DNA from: Magnetococcales bacterium | GTDB taxonomy: Bacteria > Pseudomonadota > Magnetococcia > Magnetococcales > JADFYX01 | NCBI GenBank assembly: GCA_015232405.1 | Contig: JADFZS010000004.1 | Span: forward strand, 12,053-76,052 | Direction of reading: 5' to 3' | Length of the DNA: 64,000 bases | Part shown: one piece after another, positions 10,910 through 21,700 of the stretch | Layout: the number at the start of each line of letters is the position of its first letter | How positions within the stretch are numbered: the first letter of the stretch is position 1 | Translations under genes and position numbers: made by a program | Notes under the pieces: model-generated | What the model was told of the DNA's origin: nothing | Database searches by the model: none | What the model saw: only the letters and a program-made list of their open reading frames with translations

Positions 10910-11416
10910 TTAGCCGATAGATGCAGGAATAAACTTAAGGGCCAGCCCATTATTACACCAACGGTCAAATGTAGGTTTGGGACCATCTTTAAATACATGC
11001 CCTTGATGTCCACCACACCGAGCGCAGTGATATTCGGTACGGGGAAACAGTATGCGAAAATCTTTTTTGCGCCCGACATTTTTTTCAATAGCTCGATAGA
11101 AGCTAGGCCAACCAGTACCGCTATCATATTTCATATCTGAGGTGAAAAGCCTGTTATCACAACCAGCACAAACATAATCACCTTTACGCTTTTCATGGTT
11201 TAAATGGCTGGAAAAAGGTCGTTCGGTCCCCTCCTCACGTAAGATTCGATACTGGGCTGTGGTTAGCAGCGACCGCCAATCCTCTTCACTGCGAGTTATA
11301 GGAAAGACCTTTTTTGTTGGTTTCTCCCCTGCCAGAATTTGCGGTGATATGGCTGCAACACCACCAAAGGCCAACAATTTCAAACAAAAATTTCTTCGTA
11401 ACATAATATATATCAA
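10910..11416 (-). CDS. msrB: Peptide-methionine (R)-S-oxide reductase with Tat-like signal
   Basis: GTERPF, CAGC, SGTGWPSF, CARCGGHQGHVF, RWCNNG. N-terminal RRNF. Confidence 0.95.
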   Translation of the reverse strand: MIYIMLRRNFCLKLLAFGGVAAISPQILAGEKPTKKVFPITRSEEDWRSLLTTAQYRILREEGTERPFSSHLNHEKRKGDYVCAGCDNRLFTSDMKYDSGTGWPSFYRAIEKNVGRKKDFRILFPRTEYHCARCGGHQGHVFKDGPKPTFDRWCNNGLALKFIPASIG

Positions 11417-11473
11417 GCTTGTGTGTCTTGTTTACGGTAGATAAACATCAACATACAAACCAGCTCCTGTTAT

Positions 11474-12103
11474 TTACTTGCTTTGACTCCCCCACAACTC
11501 CTTAAGTCGCTTATCCCTGCCACAATTAAATCGGTAAAATTTATATTGGTAGGGGTTGGTGTTGTGATAATTTTGATGATAATCTTCTGCTGGATAGAAA
11601 ACACCAGCCTTGGTTATCTCTGTAACTATTGGTGCGGAAAAAGTTTTTGTTTTTATCACCCTTTCGCGAGATTTCTTGGCAAGCTCCAACTGCTCATCAT
11701 TTACATAAAAAATTCCTGATCTATACTGCTCACCATAGTCACAAAATTGTCGTTTTGATGTAGTTGGGTCGACATTTACCCAAAAAATTTGTAATAGCTC
11801 TTGATAGCTCACCTTGCTAGGATCGAACATAACCTCAACAGCTTCAGTATGTCCGGTTTTGCCGGAAGAGACCTCTTTATATTTTGGGTTTACTTTATGA
11901 CCACCTATATAACCAGATATGGTGCTAGTAACCCCTTTTACTTCATCATACAGATGTTCAACACACCAGAAACAGCCCCCAGCAAAAATAGCTCTCTCAA
12001 GCTTTGCCTCCTTGGTCGCTCCGTAGACTGTCGTAACAAAAAACCCCGAAAAAAACAGAGAGCAAAAAATATATAATTTTATCATGATTTTCATGGTCCG
12101 CAA
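11474..12103 (-). CDS. msrA: Peptide-methionine (S)-S-oxide reductase with signal peptide
   Basis: FAGGCFWC, AEDYHQNY. Confidence 0.95.
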   Translation of the reverse strand: MRTMKIMIKLYIFCSLFFSGFFVTTVYGATKEAKLERAIFAGGCFWCVEHLYDEVKGVTSTISGYIGGHKVNPKYKEVSSGKTGHTEAVEVMFDPSKVSYQELLQIFWVNVDPTTSKRQFCDYGEQYRSGIFYVNDEQLELAKKSRERVIKTKTFSAPIVTEITKAGVFYPAEDYHQNYHNTNPYQYKFYRFNCGRDKRLKELWGSQSK

Positions 12104-12558
12104 AAACTTGAAGAAAGCATAACTATTTGAGATTCAATCAACTGTAAGCTTGCAGTTTTTTGCGAAATATCCTCCTCAACCTCACGACATGACTCATTTA
12201 TGAATGTCTCTATTGAAGATTGATCTACATCTCTATCTAGATTGTTACGGCGATTTTGCAGATCTTTGATTGTGTTATGACAATTTTGGATCGACACGCG
12301 CAGCTCTTCGGCCTTATGCTGAAGATCGCTTAATTCATCTTGCAAATTGCTTCCCTTGTTATGATTACCCCGGGAGAAATAGTCGGCACGACGATCCATA
12401 AAGGTCTGCTGGGCTATGCGAAAACGGATAGAAAGAGAGTCGTCATCAGCAAGATTTAATGCATGAAATTGTTGACGCAAACCCCGCATTGCTTTTGCAG
12501 TTTTACGCCAATCAGTTGAATATGCCAGCTCTTCTGCTTGTCGTACTATATCGAGCAT
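12091..12558 (-). CDS. DUF349-like coiled-coil protein
   Basis: AEELAYSTDWRKTAKAMRGLRQQF...RFRIAQQTFMDRR resembles DUF349 repeats. Confidence 0.55.
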   Translation of the reverse strand: MLDIVRQAEELAYSTDWRKTAKAMRGLRQQFHALNLADDDSLSIRFRIAQQTFMDRRADYFSRGNHNKGSNLQDELSDLQHKAEELRVSIQNCHNTIKDLQNRRNNLDRDVDQSSIETFINESCREVEEDISQKTASLQLIESQIVMLSSSFCGP

Positions 12559-12811
12559 CTCTTACCTTTCGCACCAGTTTTTTTTATTTTTTAACCGCAT
12601 ATATAATCAGGATAAATAATACAATCTTTTAAAATTTTAAATCAATAGTAAACATTCGGACACTTTATCCCGACTACCCTTGTATACTATCTGCTGGATA
12701 GGATATGAAAGCTCACGGAATAAAACAATATTTACCGATACACCTTTGCAGCTTAAAGTGTTAGATTGCTCTATTCAAAAAAATGCTCAATAAAAAAAGG
12801 AAAAATTGTTC

Positions 12812-13552
12812 ATGAACAACGCCCCAAAAAGTGGGATGGGTTATCTTTTTTATGGTTTTAGCCTGATTAGCAAACCAGACTTACGAATTTTTGTCACCAT
12901 ACCCCTAATTATCAACTCCCTTTTATTTGCTACTGGTATCTGGTTTGCCTATGGGCAGCTGCAAAATTTAGTGGTCTGGGTTGAAGGTTATCTTCCAGGT
13001 TGGCTTTCATGGTTATCCTGGCTATTGATCCCTTTATTTATCATAGCCTCTATCTTGATAATATTTTTTACCTTTTCCATTGTAGCAAACTTGATTAGCG
13101 CACCTTTTAATAGCCTTTTGGCAGAAAAGGTCGAGGAGCATTTAACAGGTAACAAAATTCCCGAAGATGAAGGAGGCTGGCAACGAGTTCTAAAAGATAT
13201 TATCCCTCTTTTCATGAATGAAATAGGCAAGAGTGTCTACTTTATAACCAGGGCCATTCCACTGCTTATTCTATTTTTAATACCAGTAGTTAACTTGGTT
13301 GCCCCATTTATCTGGATGGTTTTCTCAGCGTGGATGATGGCACAGCAATATGCAGATGTTCCCATGTCCAACCATGAGTTAAGCGGCAAAGAGGTTCGTC
13401 GTCGCCTAAACAGTGATAAATTTACATCTTTAAGTTTTGGTGGCAGTGTAATGGTGTTAACAATGATCCCAGTAATAAATTTCTTCGCCATGCCCGCAGC
13501 AGTCGCCGGAGCAACAGCTATGTGGGTTGAGAGGTTGCAGAAAATCAAATAA
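12812..13552 (+). CDS. cysZ: Sulfate transporter CysZ (EI24 domain)
   Basis: ANLISAPFNSLLAEKVE, QYADVPM, IPVINFFAMPAAVAGAT. Confidence 0.9.
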   Translation: MNNAPKSGMGYLFYGFSLISKPDLRIFVTIPLIINSLLFATGIWFAYGQLQNLVVWVEGYLPGWLSWLSWLLIPLFIIASILIIFFTFSIVANLISAPFNSLLAEKVEEHLTGNKIPEDEGGWQRVLKDIIPLFMNEIGKSVYFITRAIPLLILFLIPVVNLVAPFIWMVFSAWMMAQQYADVPMSNHELSGKEVRRRLNSDKFTSLSFGGSVMVLTMIPVINFFAMPAAVAGATAMWVERLQKIK

Positions 13553-13666
13553 TTTCCTTAATGGGAAAAATTAATGTTAGAATATTGCAGTAAACTAACA
13601 AATGCAGTGACATTAATACAATTTGTAACTTTATGATCTAATAGTAGTAATTGCGGAGAGAACATA

Positions 13667-13999
13667 ATGACCAGACAAGCTGAGGTGGAGCTTTTAAAAC
13701 AGATGCAGAGAATGAGGGATAGGTCTGGGATAAAGCCTATTCCGTTTTCTGATGCGGAGATTAACAGCGGTATGGCAGCTGCTTTTGCCTCGGCAATGGG
13801 TAGTAGTAATAAAACCCAGCAACAACAAGAACAAGAACAAGAACAACGAAAGCAACAGTTAAGAGCACTTCGTCAGGAGCTTCACACCCCTACCCCAGTT
13901 ACACCTGTGACTAACGAGATTATGGAAGTATCGGAAATTCCTAAAAGTATTGGTAGAAAACCACTGAACCACAAACGCTCATTTAGTGTAAAATGTTAG
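13667..13999 (+). CDS. Hypothetical protein with Q/E-rich low-complexity tract
   Basis: ORF with GGAG SD upstream and a short CAAGAA repeat. Confidence 0.55.
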   Translation: MTRQAEVELLKQMQRMRDRSGIKPIPFSDAEINSGMAAAFASAMGSSNKTQQQQEQEQEQRKQQLRALRQELHTPTPVTPVTNEIMEVSEIPKSIGRKPLNHKRSFSVKC

Positions 14000-14011
14000 A
14001 TAAAAACTGTA

Positions 14012-14308
14012 TCACTCCATTTTAAACATTCTGTCAATATGAGCAATCTTGATTATCTCTTTAACAACATCGTTGGTGTGAGTTAACTCAATCTGCACAT
14101 CTGCTCCCAATTTTTCCCGGAGCGCCAAAAGGCTGCCAATACCAGAGCTGTCAAGAAAACTGGCTTTTGCGAAGTTCACCTCACACTCGCTGATACCATG
14201 ATCTCCAGCCATGATGAGTTTTTTAGGCTCTGTCCAGATTTCATGGGAACATTTACCAATTAAATAAATAGTCAGTTTGCCACTGTCCAATACAGCCTCA
14301 CAACCCAT
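14012..14308 (-). CDS. STAS domain protein (anti-sigma factor antagonist)
   Basis: FLDSSGIGSLL motif. Confidence 0.9.
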   Translation of the reverse strand: MGCEAVLDSGKLTIYLIGKCSHEIWTEPKKLIMAGDHGISECEVNFAKASFLDSSGIGSLLALREKLGADVQIELTHTNDVVKEIIKIAHIDRMFKME

Positions 14309-14391
14309 GAATTTGACCTCTTAAATAAAATATAAAAACTATTCTAGCTGCTATTTTACTAGCAATCTAACACTCAGTAAATCAAGTCTTT

Positions 14392-16731
14392 TTAAAATCT
14401 TTGTGCCTCTAACAAGGAGCTTCTCACCTGGACTATGGTCTCAAGTTGAGGATGAATTAGCTCGGCTTTTGCCAGATATCTCTCTACTTTCTCCCACTCC
14501 TCAGCAGATAGAGCTGTCTGGGCCAACTCCACATAACGCTTTGCAACCCTGAGCAGACCTTCAATGGCATCTGGATTGGCGGGGTCCATAGCCAGTATAT
14601 GGTATAGGTTTTTCAGCGCATTACCAGCTGCTGGAGAACTTAGCCTGTTATTTCTTATATCCCTGTTAGCAGAAGCAAGCAACGAGCCAATGGTTCTTGG
14701 AGGGTTTTGCTCTGCTTGCCGACGGGCCTTTTCTATCTGATTTTGCTGAAAATTAGCTGCTTTTAAAATAAGTTCATGGTTTACATACGGTTGTTGAGGG
14801 GCCGCCTCTGCAACAGGAGCATCCACCATAACTGGAGGCTGTGACTCTTGGACTACTTGCACATCATCATCAACCATAGCTGGCGGCTCATATTGCTCAA
14901 CAACCTCTGGCTGACTCGGCTCTTCAACCTGAGTATAAACAGGAGGTTTGACCTCTTCTACCTGTGGAGGAGGAGCCACAACCTCATTTTTTGGCGTTAT
15001 TTCAGGGGCAGGCTGTTGGGGTTGCTGGGTGACGACGGTTTGCTGGGGAGCAACCACAGCCTCGGCCTGCCTACTATCTTTTGGTTTAAAAAATACAGGA
15101 CTAAAAGCAACAAAACATAACAGAATAAATACAGCCGCCAATATTATTGTAGTTAAACGAATTTTTTTGGCTGAAGAGGCTCTTAACTCCTCTGTTTCAA
15201 CAACTACCTCTTTTAACCTCTCCTCTTCATCGTTGAGCTTTTTACTTCTACGTTGCAGAGCAGCTCCTTGTACCTCTAGATTCTCTTTGGTCTGGCGATA
15301 CTCTGCCTCTTTGGCTTGCTGTTGTTTATCAAGCTCCTGCTCTCTGTTTTGTGTTTTTGTTGCCAGACTTTTCAACTCACTGTTTTGTTTATCTAAAGCC
15401 TCTTGAATCTGACGTAAAGAGGCCTCCTGCTCGCTGATATGGTCCTTGGCTGCGGCCTCAGTTGTTTTGAGAGCTGCTTCCCGGAGTTGCAGTTCAGTAC
15501 GATATTCATCAAGCTCCTTCTTGCTGGCAGCACTTTTTGTTTTAAGCTCATCTTCTAGCCGTTGCAACTGGGCCTTTTGTTTGGCAAAGGTATCTTGGAG
15601 CTGTTGGTTGGCGATCTGTTGAGCTTTATCCCGTTCTTGTAGCTCGACCTCTTTTGCCAACCTCTCAGACTCTAGACGTTGTAGTTCTGCGCTCTGTTTG
15701 GCAAGGCTATCCTTGATTTTCTGGTTGGCTGCCTGTTGCGCTGTCTCCATCTCTTGAGCAGCAACCTCTTTCGCCAATCTCTCGGCATCTAAACGTTGCA
15801 ACTCAATCTTCTGTTTAGCGAGATTTTCACTGATTTGCTGATTTGTTAGTTGTTGAGCTTGGCTGCTCTCTTGCAACTTCAACTCTTTGCTTTTTAATTC
15901 AGCTTCACGGCGTAGTAACTCTTTGCTCTGTCTATCCAAGGTCTCCTGCAGCTGTTTTTGTAAGCCCTCTTGCACCTTATAGCGTTCTTGAACTGCACTA
16001 TCTTTTATTTTGCACTCGGTATTTAGCCTTTGCAGTTCCCCTGCCTGTTTAATCAGGGCCTCTTTGGTCTTCTGGTTGATTCCATCTTGGGCTTTAACTG
16101 CCACTGTACGACGTTGTAGCTCTTCTCTTTGTGCTGCCAAAGATTGTCGTTCAGCTCTTAACTTATCTAGTTCACCATTCTGCTTTGCAATATTCTCCTG
16201 ACTCTGCAATAGAGCTGCTTCTTGGCTTATGATACGGGCCTGAGCTTGGGATATTTCTGCTTGAAAAGTCTCTTTTTGTTTTTCAAATGCCTCTTTTTGC
16301 TTGGCAAACTCCCCTTGGCGTTTATTTAACTCTTCACCCTGTGCCACAAGAGTCTCTTTAACCTGCTTGTAGGAGGCATACTGTTTTTTAAAATACTCCA
16401 CAGCTTCAGCCTCTCTGGTGCGAAATGCTTCGTCTAACTGCCTAAGTTCAGCACTTTTTTGCTGTAACTGTTCACGGACCAGTTGATGTGATGAAGATAG
16501 TTTAACCTTGGGCTTGGGTTGGGGCTTGACAACCTGATTGGTTTCTTGCTCTGGTTCGGGTTCCGGGGTTGTTGCTGGTATAGGGGTTTCAACCTCTTTA
16601 GGCTCCGGTTTTTCCTGGTTTGAATCTGTAATCCATGGATTTGTCAGTTGTTTTCCAGAAGTTTTTTTCTGGTCTGCATATTTTCTTTCGTTATATGTCT
16701 TATTGCTGTATGTCGGCTTTTTATAGATCAT
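14392..16731 (-). CDS. Membrane-anchored long coiled-coil protein with 39-aa repeats
   Basis: Long Q/E/K-rich helical region, single TM, Pro-rich linker, TPR-like C-terminus. Confidence 0.8.
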   Translation of the reverse strand: MIYKKPTYSNKTYNERKYADQKKTSGKQLTNPWITDSNQEKPEPKEVETPIPATTPEPEPEQETNQVVKPQPKPKVKLSSSHQLVREQLQQKSAELRQLDEAFRTREAEAVEYFKKQYASYKQVKETLVAQGEELNKRQGEFAKQKEAFEKQKETFQAEISQAQARIISQEAALLQSQENIAKQNGELDKLRAERQSLAAQREELQRRTVAVKAQDGINQKTKEALIKQAGELQRLNTECKIKDSAVQERYKVQEGLQKQLQETLDRQSKELLRREAELKSKELKLQESSQAQQLTNQQISENLAKQKIELQRLDAERLAKEVAAQEMETAQQAANQKIKDSLAKQSAELQRLESERLAKEVELQERDKAQQIANQQLQDTFAKQKAQLQRLEDELKTKSAASKKELDEYRTELQLREAALKTTEAAAKDHISEQEASLRQIQEALDKQNSELKSLATKTQNREQELDKQQQAKEAEYRQTKENLEVQGAALQRRSKKLNDEEERLKEVVVETEELRASSAKKIRLTTIILAAVFILLCFVAFSPVFFKPKDSRQAEAVVAPQQTVVTQQPQQPAPEITPKNEVVAPPPQVEEVKPPVYTQVEEPSQPEVVEQYEPPAMVDDDVQVVQESQPPVMVDAPVAEAAPQQPYVNHELILKAANFQQNQIEKARRQAEQNPPRTIGSLLASANRDIRNNRLSSPAAGNALKNLYHILAMDPANPDAIEGLLRVAKRYVELAQTALSAEEWEKVERYLAKAELIHPQLETIVQVRSSLLEAQRF

Positions 16732-16946
16732 TTTATTATTTCTATAATAGTCTTTCGCGAAAATTTTCCCACCCCAAGAACGGCGACATTAACCTATTTT
16801 CCTTCATAATACAACTTTTTAGGCAACAGTTCTTGCCCATATTGATGCTCAATTTAATAGCGGAATGATTATCAATACCCTCATTTTTAAACAAAAACAT
16901 ATTTTAAATCCGGGACTCATAGCCATGAGGGAGTTAAAATTGTTTT

Positions 16947-18632
16947 ATGCTTAACCAACTAACCATAAAAAACATAGCCTTAATTGATCAGTTATCCCTG
17001 GATCTCAACTTGGGATTAACCATCCTTACTGGTGAGACCGGTGCAGGTAAATCAATTATTTTAGATGCTCTGTCGTTGGTCCTGGGCCGGAGAGCTGATA
17101 GCACATTGATACGCAACGGGGCAGATAAGGCCATGGTTACTGCTTGTTTTCAGCTAAAAAAAGACCACCCTGCCCAGCTTTGGCTTAACAGTAAAGACCT
17201 GGAGTCTGACGAAGATATTTTAACCATTCGCCGGGTAATTGGTGTTTCAACTCCTAGTCGGGCCTATATCAATGAGACAACAGTACCCTTAGCAACACTT
17301 TTGGAGCTAGGTAGCCTACTGGTGGAGATACACGGTCAGCACGATCAGCAGATCCTCATGAATAACAGCTCTCATCTGGCTATATTGGACTCATTTGCCA
17401 ACCATGGTGAGCTGTTGGGCAAATTAAAAGAAAAGTTTGATAGCTGGCAGAGACAAAATAGTGAGCTGGAAAGTTTGCAAACATTGGCAAAAGAGGCGTT
17501 TGAACGCCGAGATTATCTTGCTTTTCAGTTGGATGAACTTACAGAGGCGGCAATTATACCGGGTGAGCTATTGGAGCTGGAAAAGCAAAAAACCCGTTTG
17601 GCCCACGCCAACCAGTTGCTTGGGGCAGGTAACAACAGCATTGCCCTTTTAACAGGCCATGGTGACGGTGGGGTTGCTGGTGCTGCAGACAATACCAATC
17701 AGGCAGCAGGTGAACTTGAAGGGGTTTGTGATATGGACCCAACCCTTGTTCCCATTGCCGAATCACTGCGCTCATTACATTATGAGTTGGAAGATATTGT
17801 TGAACGTATTGAGGACTACCGAAACTCCCTTGAGATAAACCCAGACCAGCTTGATAGCGTAGAAGAACGTATTGATTTAATTAACCGTTTAAGCCGTAAA
17901 CATCATAAAAATGCTGATGAGTTAGAGCAACTTGCCCAACAGTGGCGCGAAGAGCTAGACACCATAGACAATGCCGATGAACGCATTGCAACTGCCCAAA
18001 AGGAGATTGCAATCACCCTTGGAGAGTATAGAGCCGTTGCCAAAAAGCTCACAGCCTCCCGGATGAAAGGGAGTAGACAGCTTACAAAAGAGGTTGAAAA
18101 ACAACTTTGCGCTTTGCATATGGCTAATACACGTCTAACAATGAAAATAAGCCCACATGAAGGCTATCCGCGTCCTGGTGGAATGGAAGATGGGCAATTT
18201 TTGGTCAGTACCAATCGAGGGGAGAGTGAAAAACCGTTAAAACAGGTGGCCTCTGGTGGTGAATTATCGCGAATTATGTTGGCTTTAAAGACAGTTATGG
18301 CTGATTTAATAACTTCCACAACCCTGATTTTTGATGAGGTTGATGTGGGGGTAGGAGGCAGAGTTGCCGCTAGTATCGGTGAAAAACTGGCCCATGTCGC
18401 CAAAAACAGGCAGGTATTGACCATCACCCATCTACCCCAAGTTGCTGCTTGGGGGAGTTATCATTTAAAAGTTGAAAAAAATTCCAGCCAAGACAAAACT
18501 CGTACCAGTATATCAACACTTGATCAAGAGAATCGTATAGAGGAGTTGGCAAGAATGCTTGCTGGAAATAGAGTTACGGCACCTGCGCGAAAAAATGCCA
18601 AGGATCTGCTACAAAGCTGCAAAACCAATTGA
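16947..18632 (+). CDS. recN: DNA repair protein RecN
   Basis: LTGETGAGKS, EIHGQHD, ASGGELSRIML, IFDEVD, THLPQVAA. Confidence 0.97.
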   Translation: MLNQLTIKNIALIDQLSLDLNLGLTILTGETGAGKSIILDALSLVLGRRADSTLIRNGADKAMVTACFQLKKDHPAQLWLNSKDLESDEDILTIRRVIGVSTPSRAYINETTVPLATLLELGSLLVEIHGQHDQQILMNNSSHLAILDSFANHGELLGKLKEKFDSWQRQNSELESLQTLAKEAFERRDYLAFQLDELTEAAIIPGELLELEKQKTRLAHANQLLGAGNNSIALLTGHGDGGVAGAADNTNQAAGELEGVCDMDPTLVPIAESLRSLHYELEDIVERIEDYRNSLEINPDQLDSVEERIDLINRLSRKHHKNADELEQLAQQWREELDTIDNADERIATAQKEIAITLGEYRAVAKKLTASRMKGSRQLTKEVEKQLCALHMANTRLTMKISPHEGYPRPGGMEDGQFLVSTNRGESEKPLKQVASGGELSRIMLALKTVMADLITSTTLIFDEVDVGVGGRVAASIGEKLAHVAKNRQVLTITHLPQVAAWGSYHLKVEKNSSQDKTRTSISTLDQENRIEELARMLAGNRVTAPARKNAKDLLQSCKTN

Positions 18633-18815
18633 AAAAAAGAGCCTCCATAACCTTTGATTTTTTATTATAATTGTAAAAATGGCATTTGTAGTTTGGGATA
18701 TTTTTATAAAAAAATTTGTCTATCTTGATATTGCGGTTTGCAACCAGCCGACTTAGGAGTAAAATAAGGCTTAGATTGTTAATCGATAAATAATTTAGGG
18801 TTATACATAATTACC

Positions 18816-19130
18816 ATGAGCGAATTTAATTCTGGCGAAGATACACTGACAGCGAATAAAACCAGGAAAAAGCTTAAAGAACCGGCTTTCTATAAGATTA
18901 TTTTGTTAAATGATGACTTTACCCCCATGGATTTTGTCATCGATCTGATCTGCAAGTTTTTTAGCAAATCAGCGGAGGAAGCAACAGAAATAATGTTAAA
19001 CATCCATCATGAGGGGTATGGAGTCTGTGGTATCTACCCACTTGATATTGCAGAGACAAAAATGAATCAAGTAAACAAATTTGCCCGTAATAATGGTCAT
19101 CCATTAAAATGTCGAATAGAGAGAAACTAG
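18816..19130 (+). CDS. clpS: ATP-dependent Clp protease adaptor ClpS
   Basis: LLNDDFTPMDFV, directly upstream of clpA. Confidence 0.97.
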   Translation: MSEFNSGEDTLTANKTRKKLKEPAFYKIILLNDDFTPMDFVIDLICKFFSKSAEEATEIMLNIHHEGYGVCGIYPLDIAETKMNQVNKFARNNGHPLKCRIERN

Positions 19131-19137
19131 AGCCGCC

Positions 19138-21441
19138 ATGATTAGTAAACATCTTGAGACATCACTTAACAAAGCTATAAGAAACGCCCAGTTGCGCGGA
19201 CAGCAGTATGCCACAGTTGAACATCTGCTTTTGGCTTTGACTGAAAATCCAGAGGTTACAGGTCTTCTACTCACCTGTGGCTGTGATCTCACCAAATTAT
19301 CCTCGGATCTCGACAACCATCTAACCGCCCATGTTCCTGTGGCACGTGAAGATGACCCTATCCAGGAGATAACCCCAACTGTTGGTTTCCAAAGGGTAAT
19401 TCAAAGAGCTGTCTTTCAAGTTCAATCCTCGGGGCGCACCATGGTAACAGGGGCATATGTTCTGGTTGCCATGTTTAGTGAAAAAGAGTCCCATGCGGTC
19501 CATTTTCTAGAAAATCAGGATATCAGCCGCTTGGATATTCAATCTGCCATCTCCCATGATTCAGAGGGGGCTGACTCGGGTGCTAACAGCCCCTCCGAGG
19601 AGCCTCTATCTCCTGGGGGAACAATTCCCAAGCCTGATGATAAGCAAAATCCACTGGAGCTTTACACGGTCAACTTAAATAGGGAAGTCAAAGAGGGTCG
19701 AATTGATCCATTGATAGGCCGCGAGGATGAGATTGTCAGAACATTTCAGATTCTCTGTCGCAGGAGAAAAAACAACCCTCTGTATGTAGGTGAGGCCGGG
19801 GTGGGCAAAACCCATCTGGCTGAAGGAATTGCCCTTAAGATTGTCGAGGGTAAAGTACCTAAAGTATTGGAGAATTGTGTGATTTTCGCCCTGGATCTCG
19901 GCTCTCTTTTAGCAGGAACAAAATTTAGAGGTGATTTTGAAGCGAGGCTCAAAGGGGTATTGAAGGCTTTAAAGGATCATCCTGATGCCATTTTGTTTAT
20001 AGATGAGATACACACCATTATTGGTGCTGGTTCCACAAGTGGCAGCACCATGGATGCTTCCAACCTACTAAAACCTCTGTTGGCAAATGGCGAACTACGC
20101 TGTATTGGCTCCACAACCTATGAGGAGTTTCGCAGTGTTTTTGAGAAAGATAGTGGTCTGGCACGAAGGTTTCAAAAAATTGATGTTCCAGAACCCTCTA
20201 TGGAAGAGACCATTGCTATTTTAAAGGGTTTGAAAGGTCGTTATGAGGAGCACCACGGTATCACCTACTCCCAGGACTCCATCCAGATAGCAGCAGAGCT
20301 ATCTGGTCGCCATATTCATGATCGCAAGCATCCTGATTCGGCTATTGATGTGCTGGATGAAGCAGGTGCTGCCTGTCAACTTGTGGTTGAGGAGGAGAGG
20401 CAAAAAGAGATTGGGGTAGAGAATATCGAGACTATTGTTTCACGAATGGCAAGAATACCTGCCCGTTCTGTCTCCCATGACGATAGGTTGATTTTAAAGG
20501 ATTTAGAGGCCAATCTAAAGCTATCTTTATTTGGTCAGGACCCTGCTTTAACTCAGGTTTGTACAGCGATTAAGTTGGCCCGTGCAGGTTTGGGCAACCC
20601 TGAAAAACCCATGGGCTGTTTTTTGATGACTGGTCCAACGGGTGTGGGCAAAACTGAGCTTGCAAGGCAGTTGGCAATTGAGTTGGGTGTGGAGTTGGTA
20701 CGGTTTGATATGAGTGAGTATATGGAGAGACACACAGTCTCTCGTCTTATAGGTGCTCCTCCGGGTTATGTTGGCTTTGATCAGGCAGGACTTTTGACAG
20801 AAGCGGTAACCAAAAATCCCCATGCCATATTGCTGCTTGATGAGATAGAAAAGGCTCATCCTGATATTTATAATATACTTTTACAGGTTATGGATCATGG
20901 TAAGCTGACAGATAATAATGGTCGTCAGGCTGATTTTCGCAATGTAATTCTTATTATGACCACAAACGCTGGCGCTCAGGATGTGGACCGCTCTTCGGTT
21001 GGTTTTACCACTCAAAACCATGTTGGTGATGAGATGAAGGAGATTAAGCGGCTATTTACTCCAGAGTTTCGCAACCGCTTGGATACCATCATTGCCTTTA
21101 AATCACTTGAGCCAGAGACTATTGTGAGGGTAGTTGATAAGTTTCTCTTGGTGTTGGAGGCTGATCTTGAGAAAAAAAATGTCACCCTTAATGTTAGTGC
21201 CAGTGCAAGAAACTGGTTGGCGGAGAACGGTTATGATCGTAGCAATGGTGCTCGGCCCATGGAGAGGTTGATTAAAAAAGAGATTCGCCAACCACTATCA
21301 GAGGAGCTTCTTTTTGGTAATTTGACCGAAGGTGGTTCAGTATCGTTACGGGCGGAAAAAGATAAACTTCACTTAAACTGCAAAAAGCCCACTGCACGCA
21401 AAAAGAGAAAGTCTGCCAAGAAGGTTCCTGTAACAGCTTAA
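19138..21441 (+). CDS. clpA: ATP-dependent Clp protease ATP-binding subunit ClpA
   Basis: Two AAA+ modules ([16 protein letters not shown]), [11 protein letters not shown]. Confidence 0.97.
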   Translation: MISKHLETSLNKAIRNAQLRGQQYATVEHLLLALTENPEVTGLLLTCGCDLTKLSSDLDNHLTAHVPVAREDDPIQEITPTVGFQRVIQRAVFQVQSSGRTMVTGAYVLVAMFSEKESHAVHFLENQDISRLDIQSAISHDSEGADSGANSPSEEPLSPGGTIPKPDDKQNPLELYTVNLNREVKEGRIDPLIGREDEIVRTFQILCRRRKNNPLYVGEAGVGKTHLAEGIALKIVEGKVPKVLENCVIFALDLGSLLAGTKFRGDFEARLKGVLKALKDHPDAILFIDEIHTIIGAGSTSGSTMDASNLLKPLLANGELRCIGSTTYEEFRSVFEKDSGLARRFQKIDVPEPSMEETIAILKGLKGRYEEHHGITYSQDSIQIAAELSGRHIHDRKHPDSAIDVLDEAGAACQLVVEEERQKEIGVENIETIVSRMARIPARSVSHDDRLILKDLEANLKLSLFGQDPALTQVCTAIKLARAGLGNPEKPMGCFLMTGPTGVGKTELARQLAIELGVELVRFDMSEYMERHTVSRLIGAPPGYVGFDQAGLLTEAVTKNPHAILLLDEIEKAHPDIYNILLQVMDHGKLTDNNGRQADFRNVILIMTTNAGAQDVDRSSVGFTTQNHVGDEMKEIKRLFTPEFRNRLDTIIAFKSLEPETIVRVVDKFLLVLEADLEKKNVTLNVSASARNWLAENGYDRSNGARPMERLIKKEIRQPLSEELLFGNLTEGGSVSLRAEKDKLHLNCKKPTARKKRKSAKKVPVTA

Positions 21442-21606
21442 ACCTAGAAACGGCGGTTGGCAGTGCGTACATGGCGTAACATATTGGTTTAGCTGGTGTA
21501 ACAGAGCAAATCGAAGTCACCTTGTTGGTGATGAGACTTTGCTCTGTTATGCCAGATGAATCAATAGGTTGCGTCAGGTGCGTGCTGACAACTGCTGTTT
21601 CTAGGT
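21442..21606. mobile_element. 165-bp palindromic MITE, copy 1 (ACCTAGAAAC...GTTTCTAGGT) with TAA target duplication
   Basis: Flanked by TAA at 21439-41 (the clpA stop) and 21607-09. A near-identical inverted copy lies at 48406-48573. Confidence 0.88.
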
Positions 21607-21645
21607 TAAATATAATGTAGCTACATCAAAGAATGGACAGTTAAT

Positions 21646-21697
21646 AATCCAGCATATGGTAGAAGATGATAACTTCGACCATGTGCTGGATTTTTTT
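21646..21697. terminator. Probable intrinsic terminator hairpin between convergent genes
   Basis: AATCCAGCATATGGT...ACCATGTGCTGGATT running into a T-tract. Confidence 0.6.
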
Positions 21698-21700
21698 ATA

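Noticed and set aside
13820-13850. CAAGAA microsatellite
   Set aside because: Only about three units, in frame, ordinary low-complexity sequence.
21272-21520. 82-aa minus-strand ORF sharing peptide sequence with the 48378 protein
   Set aside because: It is the MITE reading frame running antisense into clpA, not an independent gene.
21435-21611. MITE as an integron attC site (follows a stop codon, ends in GTTAAAT = GTTRRRY, one strand folds better)
   Set aside because: No proper RYYYAAC, no extrahelical bases, longer than typical attC sites, copies dispersed and inverted, one copy is intragenic, and no integrase is in the window.
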